A stretch of DNA of 40,650 nucleotides, from NCBI GenBank assembly GCA_041600695.1, contig JBFIJP010000002.1:1-40650 (forward strand), given 5' to 3'. Made by a program: the position numbers and the translations under genes. The notes beneath the pieces are model-generated. The model was not told where the DNA came from and made no database searches. It was given only the letters and a program-made list of their open reading frames with translations. Below are positions 33,139 to 40,650 of the stretch, in pieces. Origin of the DNA: Thermoplasmatota archaeon. GTDB taxonomy: Archaea > Thermoplasmatota > E2 > JACPAO01 > JAHFTW01. Position 1 is the stretch's first letter, and each line of letters opens with the position of its first letter.

Positions 33139-35307
33139 ATGGCATTTGAACTACCCCTGATCCTGGCGCCGATTTCGGCTGTCGTGGCTTTGCTCGTCGC
33201 GTTCGTGATCGGCGTTGGCATCCTGCGCGCCAAGCCCGGCTCGAAGCGAATGATCGAAATCAGCGACGCCGTCAAGGCGGGCGCGATGGCCTACATGAAC
33301 CGCCAGTACCGGACGATCGCCGTGGTGGCCGTCGTCATCGCTGGCGTGTTTGCGGCCGTCGCCCTGACCCGTGAGACGGCCGCTGAGACGACCGAGTGGT
33401 GGTGGACCACCGCCGGCTTCGGCGTTGGTGCGCTGTTCTCGGCGCTCAGCGGTTACATCGGCATGAACATCGCCGTGCGCACCAACGTGCGCACCGCCCA
33501 CGCGGCCAAGAGCGGCCTGAAGGGCGCCCTCAGCCTGGCCTTCCGCGGCGGCGCTGTGGCCGGCCTCGGTGTTGCTGGCTTGGCCCTGCTGGGTGTGGCT
33601 GGCTTCTACTACCTATTCGATGACGTGCTCGGTTACGCCGACCCCGTGACACCCCTGGTCGGCTTCGCCTTTGGTGCGAGCCTGATCAGCTTGTTCGCGC
33701 GTGTTGGCGGCGGCATCTACACCAAGGCCGCCGACGTGGGCGCTGACCTGGTCGGCAAGGTCGAAGCCGGAATCCCGGAAGACGACCCCCGCAACCCCGC
33801 CGTGATCGCTGACAACGTCGGCGACAACGTGGGCGACTGCGCCGGCATGGGCGCTGACCTGTTCGAGACCTACGCGGTGACCGTCGTGGCCGCCGTGTTC
33901 CTCGGCTACCTGCTGCCCGCCGACTCGGTGTTCGCTGGTGGCAACGCGTCGCTGGTGACCTACCCGCTGTTCCTCGGTGCCGTGGCCATCCTGGCCAGCA
34001 TCCTCGGCATCTTCTTTGTGCGCCTCGGCCGCAAGGAGAACATCATGGGCGCCCTGTACAAGGGCGTCTTCGCCAGCGTGGCGCTGGCGGCAGCCGGATT
34101 CTACGGTGTTACGTTCGCGCTGCGGTCGGACCTCGGCGATGCTCTGTCCGAGCTAACCAATGGCGCCGGCAACTCGATCGGTCCCTTGGAACTGTTCTTG
34201 GCGACGGCGATTGGCCTCGTGATCACGATTCTGCTGATGTTCATCACGGAGTACTACACGAGCACCAAGTTCCGCCCCGTCAAGGCCACGGCCAAGGCGA
34301 GCGAGACCGGTGCGGCGACCAACATCATCAGCGGCCTAGCCGTTGGCATGGAGTCCACGTTCTTCCCCATCATCGTCATCGCGCTTGCGATGTTCGGTGC
34401 CTGGTGGTTCGCCGGCCTCTACGGCATCGGCATCGCCGCCGTCGCCATGCTGGGCATCACCGGCATGGTGGTTGCGATGGACACCTACGGACCCATCACG
34501 GACAACGCCGGTGGCATCGCCGAGATGGCCGAGTTGGATGAGTCGGTTCGCAAGAACACGGACGCTCTGGACGCCGTGGGTAACACGACCAAGGCCGTGA
34601 CCAAGGGCTACGCCATCGGTTCGGCTGCCCTCGCCGCGCTGGCCCTGTTTGCCGACTACGTGCACCGCATCGATGTCGCGGACCTCCCGGCGCGCCTGGT
34701 GGGCAACAACGTCGTCGACGGCGAACTGGTGTTCCGCCTGAGCGAGCCCATCGTCCTGATCGGCCTCGTCATCGGTGGCATGCTGCCCTTCCTGTTCAGC
34801 AGCTTCCTGATGAACGCCGTCGGCCGCGCGGCCGGCTCCGTCATCGAGGAGGTTCGCCGCCAGTTCCGCACGATCCCCGGGATCATGGAAGGCACCGGCA
34901 AGCCGGAGTACGCCAAGTGCGTGGACATCGTGACCAAGGCCGCCCTCAAGGAAATGGTCGTGCCCGGCCTCATCGCCGTGGCCGCGCCCCTGATCGTGGG
35001 CTTCCTGTTCGGTCCGCTGGCCCTCGGTGGCCTGCTCATCGGTGTGCTCGTTAGCGGTCTCATGCTCGCCCTGGCTATGGCCAACGGCGGCGGTGCCTGG
35101 GACAACGCCAAGAAGTACATCGAAGACGGACACCACGGTGGCAAGGGCAGTGAAGCCCACGCCGCCGCCGTCGTCGGTGACACCGTCGGTGACCCGTACA
35201 AGGACACCGCTGGCCCGTCCATCAACGCCCTGATCAAGGTGATCAACACGGTGAGCCTGTTGTTCGCGGGCCTCATCGCGACTTCGGGCGGCATCCTGCT
35301 GTTCTAG
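33139..35307 (+). CDS. hppA: Membrane-bound proton-translocating pyrophosphatase
   Basis: [61 protein letters not shown]; GGAGGAAT RBS. Confidence 0.95.
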   Translation: MAFELPLILAPISAVVALLVAFVIGVGILRAKPGSKRMIEISDAVKAGAMAYMNRQYRTIAVVAVVIAGVFAAVALTRETAAETTEWWWTTAGFGVGALFSALSGYIGMNIAVRTNVRTAHAAKSGLKGALSLAFRGGAVAGLGVAGLALLGVAGFYYLFDDVLGYADPVTPLVGFAFGASLISLFARVGGGIYTKAADVGADLVGKVEAGIPEDDPRNPAVIADNVGDNVGDCAGMGADLFETYAVTVVAAVFLGYLLPADSVFAGGNASLVTYPLFLGAVAILASILGIFFVRLGRKENIMGALYKGVFASVALAAAGFYGVTFALRSDLGDALSELTNGAGNSIGPLELFLATAIGLVITILLMFITEYYTSTKFRPVKATAKASETGAATNIISGLAVGMESTFFPIIVIALAMFGAWWFAGLYGIGIAAVAMLGITGMVVAMDTYGPITDNAGGIAEMAELDESVRKNTDALDAVGNTTKAVTKGYAIGSAALAALALFADYVHRIDVADLPARLVGNNVVDGELVFRLSEPIVLIGLVIGGMLPFLFSSFLMNAVGRAAGSVIEEVRRQFRTIPGIMEGTGKPEYAKCVDIVTKAALKEMVVPGLIAVAAPLIVGFLFGPLALGGLLIGVLVSGLMLALAMANGGGAWDNAKKYIEDGHHGGKGSEAHAAAVVGDTVGDPYKDTAGPSINALIKVINTVSLLFAGLIATSGGILLF

Positions 35308-35319
35308 GCAGGCAGAATT

Positions 35320-35345
35320 CCTCTTCCTTTCCTCTCCCCATTTTT
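35320..35345 (+). terminator. CT-rich tract ending in T5 just after the hppA stop (candidate archaeal terminator)
   Basis: CCTCTTCCTTTCCTCTCCCCATTTTT. Confidence 0.4.
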
Positions 35346-35368
35346 GGCGTCACCGACTTGCCTCAAGC

Positions 35369-35605
35369 GTCGGTGACCCGTACAAAAAGGCCGGCAGCCA
35401 CGCAGTTGCTGCCGGCTTGAGGGCGGCCCGGCAGGGCCGCGCGGCGGGCGGCAGCCACGCAGTTGCTGCCGGCTTGAGGGCGGCCCGGCAGGGCCGCGCG
35501 AACACGGCGGGCCCCTCGCTCGACGCCCTGATCAAGGTGATCAACACGGTGAGCCTACTGTTGGCGGGCCTCATCGCGACCTCGGGCGGCATCCTGCCAG
35601 TCTAG
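35369..35605 (+). pseudogene. Diverged duplicate of the hppA 3' end (last ~40 codons), interrupted by a tandem repeat
   Basis: GTCGGTGACCCGTACAA (identical to 35185-35201), then a ~120-nt insert, then [34 protein letters not shown] compared with Hpp[35 protein letters not shown]. It has its own CT-rich tail. Confidence 0.8.
35393..35500 (+). repeat. 57-bp tandem direct repeat (2 units, 51 nt identical) with two hairpins per unit
   Basis: GGCAGCCACGCAGTTGCTGCCGGCTTGAGGGCGGCCCGGCAGGGCCGCGCG at 35393 and 35450. Hairpins are GGCAGC-N9-GCTGCC and GCGGCCC-GGCA-GGGCCGC. Confidence 0.9.
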
Positions 35606-35611
35606 GCAGGC

Positions 35612-35666
35612 AGGGTTCCGTTCCCTTTCCTTCTCCCTGCTGGTGTGTTTTTGGTGCGTGTTTTTT
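35612..35666 (+). terminator. CT-rich tract plus T5 and T6 runs after the hppA fragment
   Basis: GGTTCCGTTCCCTTTCCTTCTCCC...GTGTTTTTGG..GTGTTTTTTCG. Confidence 0.4.
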
Positions 35667-35793
35667 CGACTGCCACATGGTGTGCCTGCTAGCCGTCGGG
35701 CCGCCTGCTGCCTCCCCTGACGCGCTCGCGGCTGACTATCAGGCCAGCGAACGAGGCCTGCTGGTTAAGCCCGGAGGCGCCTGCACTGCTACC

Positions 35794-36300
35794 ATGGCCG
35801 AACCCACCCCTCCCATGGCAGCGCAGCGAATCGTCGTCGGCGTCGACTTCTCCCGCCCGAGCCGCATGGCACTCGACGCCGCCGCAACGCTGGCGCGGGC
35901 CCTTGGTGCTGACCTGACGCTCGTTCACGCATTCTCGCCAGCGGGAGCGGAGCAGGGCCTGGCAGGCGCATCGGGAAGCCCGAAGCAGATGGCTGTGGCC
36001 GTGCACGAGACAGGGGAGGCCCTACAGTTGTCGACCCAATGGGCCAGCGAAGTCCGCGATGCGGGCTTGCGCGTGGGCGTCGTGACCCAGGAGGGGCAGG
36101 CACCAAACGTGATTCTAGAGGCCGCTGCCAACGAGGACGCTGCCATCATCGTCGTCGGCACCCATGGGCGAAGCGGCATCAAGCGGGCCCTCCTGGGTTC
36201 CGTCGCAGAGCAGGTCATCCGCAACAGCGATCGACCGGTGCTGGCGGTGCCCGCCGGGCCAATCGGGGTTCGATCCCCCAACTCTCGGTCGCGACGGTAG
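35794..36300 (+). CDS. Universal stress protein (UspA) family
   Basis: RIVVGVDFSRPSRMALDAA...LVHAF...IIVVGTHGRSGIKRALLGSVAEQVIRNSDRPVLAV. Start trimmed to ATG 35794. Confidence 0.85.
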   Translation: MAEPTPPMAAQRIVVGVDFSRPSRMALDAAATLARALGADLTLVHAFSPAGAEQGLAGASGSPKQMAVAVHETGEALQLSTQWASEVRDAGLRVGVVTQEGQAPNVILEAAANEDAAIIVVGTHGRSGIKRALLGSVAEQVIRNSDRPVLAVPAGPIGVRSPNSRSRR

Positions 36301-36494
36301 CCCGCATCGAAACCGTCACCATCCTGGGTGGAGACGGCGCAGGCGCGGCTGGGCCATGCGTGCGTGCCGACGGATTCGGGGAGCGCCCCAGTTTTCAGGC
36401 CTGCCCACCAACGCAAGGGATGCTCGCTTCGAGTGAATTCAAGGCGGCCGCATCCGGTCATGGATAGCACGTTGGTGATGGCGGCGAGAACAAC

Positions 36495-38030
36495 CTACAC
36501 CGGGACGGCGCGTACCGACTCCACTTCCGGCGGTTCAGGTTGCGTCGAGGGGTCGCCGCGCAGGACGGTGTAGCGTCGGAGGCGCCCCTGGTCGGTGACC
36601 GAGATCAGGCCCCCGGCGACCAGCCGCTTCAGGCGGTGCTGGGTCGTGCTACGGCTCCAACCCCACGCTGCCGACGCGGCCAAGATGTCCTTCTGAAACG
36701 ACGGCCCGACCCCCGTGAGCCATTCATGGAGGCGGGCCAACTCTGGCTCGCGCAGATGAACGATGTCTTTCCACCGCGCTGACTCTGAGCTGCCGCGCTC
36801 AAAGTAGCGGAGGGTTTCGAGATGGCGGTACTCCTCAATGACGCCATGCTGCCGTAGAACCGCCACGTGGTGTCGGACGGTCCCGCTAGCGATTCCCGTG
36901 CCACGCAAGAGCTCCCGAAACGTGGCGCCCGGGTGTTCACGAATGTATTCCGCTACACTAGCGCGTTTGGGGTGGCGCAGGGGGTCCCGCCCCATCACCC
37001 GGAGAACGAAGCCCGCGAATTTCACCAGGAGCGCCAAGCCGACCAATGTTGCTGTAGCCACGACGGTGTCACTCGCGGTGGCCCAGGCCTCGGTTTCGTC
37101 CGTGCGCACCGATAGCCACGTGCCTGCCATGTCCGCCTGAAGGGAAGATGGCCGGTCGCCGGAGGTTGAGAGGTTAACGAATCGCATCGCACCTTGAATC
37201 ATGATCGAGCGTCCGCCCGCATCGAAGCACGCGTCGGGGCACACCGGTCCGTGGGCCAGGGGCAGACGAATATGACCTTCAGCACTCAGGTTCCACGGTG
37301 AACCTTCGACTGCGATGGCTCGTGCATTACCAGTGATGGACACTGCCAAGTCGTGTCCGGATAATCTCGCGAACCGGTACTTCGTCACCGTAACCCGGTC
37401 GTCAGGCTGGAGCCCTTCCGCGTGCGTGACCTCGGTGCTCCCACCATGCAAGCACCGGATACAATCCTGATGGCTGAAGCCCAACATCACCAACTGAGCG
37501 TGTTTGCCGGATGCGTTGACTGCACCAGTCAGGGAGCCAACGGCGTCCGCCCCTGATCCTCCGGGGCAAGAGCCGGGCGGGTAACGGTAGGGGTCTTCGT
37601 GTTTGTAGAGTTCGAGGCCCACGCAGTTGCCAAGGCCTCGCGCCGTCAGATGGCCATCCACGTTTGCCGCGAATCCATCCACGGTTCCCGTCAAGAAAAC
37701 CATGGCACCTGGCTGCGAGATGAAGCGCACGTCATCTCGGAGGCGAACCGTGTCATGCTCCTCCCAAGGCGTCGGAAGGGGGCCGCGGATGGTGCCCCAG
37801 TTGTGTTGTTCCACGACCCAACTGCGCCGATCCATGATTTCGTTTACGACGGTGGCGCCAGCAGAAACCGTGACGGCTAGCGTGTCATTTCCTGCAACAA
37901 CAAGCAATCCCTGGGCGTCCTGCCAGGCCAGATCGGCTTGCAGGGCAGCGGGGAAACCGAAGGACACGCTGGCTGCCGCCGACGGCACCACCGCTAACAC
38001 GGCTAACACCACCAGAGACCTCATGAGCAA
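36495..38030 (-). CDS. Membrane-anchored protein: extracytoplasmic N-domain, one TM helix, cytoplasmic tandem winged-helix DNA-binding domains
   Basis: Signal segment LVVLAVLAVVPSAAA; TM segment VVATATLVGLALLVKFAGFVL; then VAEYIREHPGATFRELLRGTGIASGTVRHHVAVLRQHGVIEE and ...SRSTTQHRLKRLVAGGLISV. Confidence 0.65.
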   Translation of the reverse strand: MLMRSLVVLAVLAVVPSAAASVSFGFPAALQADLAWQDAQGLLVVAGNDTLAVTVSAGATVVNEIMDRRSWVVEQHNWGTIRGPLPTPWEEHDTVRLRDDVRFISQPGAMVFLTGTVDGFAANVDGHLTARGLGNCVGLELYKHEDPYRYPPGSCPGGSGADAVGSLTGAVNASGKHAQLVMLGFSHQDCIRCLHGGSTEVTHAEGLQPDDRVTVTKYRFARLSGHDLAVSITGNARAIAVEGSPWNLSAEGHIRLPLAHGPVCPDACFDAGGRSIMIQGAMRFVNLSTSGDRPSSLQADMAGTWLSVRTDETEAWATASDTVVATATLVGLALLVKFAGFVLRVMGRDPLRHPKRASVAEYIREHPGATFRELLRGTGIASGTVRHHVAVLRQHGVIEEYRHLETLRYFERGSSESARWKDIVHLREPELARLHEWLTGVGPSFQKDILAASAAWGWSRSTTQHRLKRLVAGGLISVTDQGRLRRYTVLRGDPSTQPEPPEVESVRAVPV

Positions 38031-38887
38031 TCCATTTTCTCGAAGATTTCGACGTTCATGGGTAGGGTGGAATCACGCACGAGGGTCGTGAAAGCACCAT
38101 CGGTAGGCAAGGGGTATTGCGCCATGACTGACGGCGCTTGGAAGTCAGCCCGGGAAGCATAGGGTTGGGCCCCCGGCGTGTTGGTTTCGATCGTTCCCAT
38201 GGCCCGATACAGGTGCGTTTCATTGTGCCAGACAAGACCCCGCGGGAAGTGTGCGCCGGGGCTGTTGTCCCCCGACACTAGATACGACACCCAGCTCGGG
38301 TCCGCACCGTCCACGCTCCAGGTATACCGAATTTCCTCGCCGATGGGTAAGCTACCGACGGTTCGCTCAATAGCGGCGTCTACCGCCGGGAAGTGGAGTT
38401 GATCCCGCAACTCCGAGGCAATTTCAGGGTCGTCAACGTAAGCGGAAACGAGGATCAGGATGGTCGCTGCGGGACCTGGGTGGCAATCGTTCGCAACGTA
38501 GTTGTTGTGCATTTCCAGGATCAGTTGGATGGGGCGGTCGAATTCCATCCATGAGAACCGTTCGCATGTCATGAGCCCATAAACAGTCCGTGTGAAGATC
38601 GGAACTGGAGGCGTCTCCCAACCCGGGGGCGGCCGCGACGGGTTCGTAGGCCCTGGCCAAGAATAACTGACAGATATTTCCTCGCACGAGTCGAATTGCA
38701 TGGACAACGGATCCAACTCGACCGCTCCATCCACTGGCAAGCCATCGATTGAACGAGGTTCGTCGGGTCGGGGCTCTGCCGGCTCGATTGCATCTTGGGG
38801 CGCGTCGACGCACCCGGCAAATAGGGCCACGAGACCGGCCGCGACCGCGAAGGCCCAACGCCTTGGATGGCGTGCTTCTAGATACAT
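38021..38887 (-). CDS. Lipoprotein, function unknown
   Basis: WAFAVAAGLVALFAGC lipobox; 10-nt overlap with the downstream gene. Confidence 0.6.
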   Translation of the reverse strand: MYLEARHPRRWAFAVAAGLVALFAGCVDAPQDAIEPAEPRPDEPRSIDGLPVDGAVELDPLSMQFDSCEEISVSYSWPGPTNPSRPPPGWETPPVPIFTRTVYGLMTCERFSWMEFDRPIQLILEMHNNYVANDCHPGPAATILILVSAYVDDPEIASELRDQLHFPAVDAAIERTVGSLPIGEEIRYTWSVDGADPSWVSYLVSGDNSPGAHFPRGLVWHNETHLYRAMGTIETNTPGAQPYASRADFQAPSVMAQYPLPTDGAFTTLVRDSTLPMNVEIFEKMDCS

Positions 38888-39262
38888 GCGGTGCCAACCA
38901 CGTACGTGACCCCAACCAATGTTGACTTTTGGAATGTCGAGGGATCCTGGACGACAATACCGTAGGCGACCCTATACCCACCAGCATCAGGCTGGAGCAG
39001 AGCCGTCGGATAATCCCCTGGCTCGGCGATCGTGACATCATTGGGGCAGGCACCAACCGTGCAGGCGCTCTGGTGCGTCTGCGGGTGAATCAACAGATCA
39101 CAGGCCGGAGTCAACACGATGCAAAGGGCCGGGTCGGTCGCGTCACAAATGCTGGCGTCCAGTCGGGCCCCCCCCCGGGGCGGCGCTAAGCAACAAGACC
39201 GTCGCCGCCGTCGCGAGCGTCAAGATCCCCTTCCGGGGGACGTGCATGCGCATGGAAGTCAT
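38878..39262 (-). pseudogene. Small secreted Cys-containing protein whose signal peptide and body are in different frames across a C9/G9 run
   Basis: MTSMRMHVPRKGILTLATAATVLLLSAAPGGG (frame of 39262) stops at 39143. The body ...DASICDATDPALCIVLTPACDLLIHPQTHQSACTVGACPN... is in the frame of 39117. The homopolymer at 39168-39176 lies between them. Confidence 0.4.
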
Positions 39263-39484
39263 ACCCTTGCTAAGGTTGATTCCGCTTTGATGTTTTTGGA
39301 ACACTTGTTGGCATATCGGCCCCGGGCCAGGATTGCCGTTGGCAGGAGCCCCACCCGGGAACCATCCTCCCCAGGACTCCGGCACGCAGGCCCGGGCCTG
39401 CCGGGGCAACCTGACAGCGGACACCAATTCTTGTGTGCCCTCGCGATTGGCACCCCCGCACTCGTTGTGCTGGACCCGATACCT

Positions 39485-40650
39485 ATGTTCAACAGCCGAA
39501 GCGTCGTTGTCTTGTTGTTGCTCCTGGCGCCGCTGGGAAACGCTGGCCTGGTGACCACCAACGGCGAAATCCGGCTGGTGCCCCGGGAAGCCACCAGCGG
39601 CAGCAACTTCGGCAACGCGGTGGCCATTGACGATAACCTGGTCGTGGTGGGGGCGTTCTACGACGATGAAGCGGGCCACCAGGCCGGGGCGGCCTGGGTG
39701 TACCAATTGAATCCCTCGGGCACGTGGAGGGTGGACAAGATGATACCGCCCGAAGCGAGGTACTGGTGGACGTTTGGCGCAGCCGTTGCCGCCGACCGGG
39801 GCTCTTTCGTGGTCGGCGCGCCCCAGTGCTGCGTCGCCCGATCGCCCGGTGCCGCTTTCGTCTACGAACCCGACGGACGGGGCGGCTGGATCGAGACGCA
39901 ACTTATGCCCAGCGATGGTGGGGGCAGTTGGTATTTCGGTCAATCGGTGGCCATCAGCGACGGGAGGGTCCTGGTGGGTGCCCGGATTGCGGGAGGGCCA
40001 CTGCCGGATGCGGGGGCGGTCTACCTGTACGAGCGGGACGGGTCCGGCGGCTGGGTGGAAACCAAGATCACCCCTAGCGATGCGGCACGTTACCACTACT
40101 TCGGGGCCGCGGTCGCGTTGGACGGCCGCCGCGTCCTGGCGACGGCGCCAGGCGACGGCGGAGCGGCTCCTGGCGCGGGGGGTGCGTACCTGTTCGAACC
40201 TGACGGCGCCGGCGGCTGGACCGAAACCAAGTTCACGCCCAGCGACGCCTACGCGGGCCTGCGCTTCGGATCTTCTGCCGCCATGGCTGGCGAGAGGTTC
40301 GTCGTTGGCGCAAGCCAGGACAATCACGCAGGCAACCAGGCGGGCAGCGCGTACGTGTTCGCGCGGGAGGGCGCCGGTTGGGTTGAAACCAAACTGACAG
40401 ACAGTCACGCGGCAAGCCGTTCGGCGTATGGACGCTCCGTGGACCTGGAAGGAGACACCGTCGTCGTGGGCCAGGTCGGTTTCGGCAGCAGCGGCCGCGC
40501 CTTCGCATACCGCCAGGATGCCAGCGGGGTCTGGAACGAAGAGGTCTTCGAGGATTCGGCGGCAGGCGACCCAAACTCCCACTTTGGCTACGCGGTGGGA
40601 ATCAGCGCCGGACGGCTGGTCGTCGGGGCCCCCTACGAAGATGACATCCC
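39485..40650 (+). CDS. Secreted FG-GAP repeat (integrin-alpha-like beta-propeller) protein, 3' end outside the window
   Basis: My own translation; the ORF is open-ended and absent from the ORF track. MFNSRSVVVLLLLLAPLGNA is followed by at least 6 repeats of the form FG.AVA..G..VVGAP..D...GAAYV(F/Y)...G.W.E.K. Confidence 0.75.
   Translation, partial: MFNSRSVVVLLLLLAPLGNAGLVTTNGEIRLVPREATSGSNFGNAVAIDDNLVVVGAFYDDEAGHQAGAAWVYQLNPSGTWRVDKMIPPEARYWWTFGAAVAADRGSFVVGAPQCCVARSPGAAFVYEPDGRGGWIETQLMPSDGGGSWYFGQSVAISDGRVLVGARIAGGPLPDAGAVYLYERDGSGGWVETKITPSDAARYHYFGAAVALDGRRVLATAPGDGGAAPGAGGAYLFEPDGAGGWTETKFTPSDAYAGLRFGSSAAMAGERFVVGASQDNHAGNQAGSAYVFAREGAGWVETKLTDSHAASRSAYGRSVDLEGDTVVVGQVGFGSSGRAFAYRQDASGVWNEEVFEDSAAGDPNSHFGYAVGISAGRLVVGAPYEDDI

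Noticed and set aside
35393-35500. Possible CRISPR-like repeat
   Set aside because: There are only two directly abutting units, with no spacers and no cas genes.
39143-40582. 479-aa minus-strand ORF
   Set aside because: It is Arg/Pro/Gly-rich and lies antisense to a clear FG-GAP repeat gene (39485 onward, plus strand) that is open-ended and missing from the ORF track. Only its last ~40 codons (a signal-peptide-like sequence) look real.

Overview
High-GC archaeal chromosomal window. Archaea-specific markers are TFS/RpoM, aEF-1beta, RpoK and archaeal-type uS2. The rest of the backbone is HppA, a FabI-like reductase, an acyl-CoA dehydrogenase, an NSS transporter, many LAGC-lipobox lipoproteins and FG-GAP propeller proteins.

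Main result: about 2.1-15.4 kb is an integron-type gene-cassette array. It holds seven plus-strand cassettes separated by six well-formed 61-69 nt attC-like sites and one degenerate terminal site. In every cassette, the first 8-11 nt (starting at the GTT of the preceding site) are the reverse complement of the R'' box at that cassette's own 3' end. This is the footprint of circular cassettes inserted by G|TT crossover. No integron integrase is visible in the window, so the array looks CALIN-like.

The cargo looks accessory or defence-like:
- a TIR/SEFIR-like protein
- a polytopic membrane protein plus a secreted propeller protein
- a TM-anchored Nudix-like protein plus a MurA-family enzyme
- a HEPN/DUF4145-like protein
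- a TIR-2TM protein plus a 2TM partner
- a minimal nucleotidyltransferase
- a small TA-like pair with a wHTH protein

One attC is split by an IS110-family (IS1111-like) element whose transposase is disrupted.

Other notable points:
- a duplicated 113-bp unit at the left edge that folds as the 5' part of an intron-containing tRNA-Ser(CGA)-like gene
- a diverged duplicate of the hppA 3' end carrying a 57-bp tandem repeat
- a recurring CT-rich motif just downstream of several stop codons
- tandem paralogous lipoproteins
- a C9 homopolymer that separates a signal peptide from the rest of a small ORF

All calls come from reading the sequence and ORF translations by eye. No searches, folding programs or composition statistics were run.
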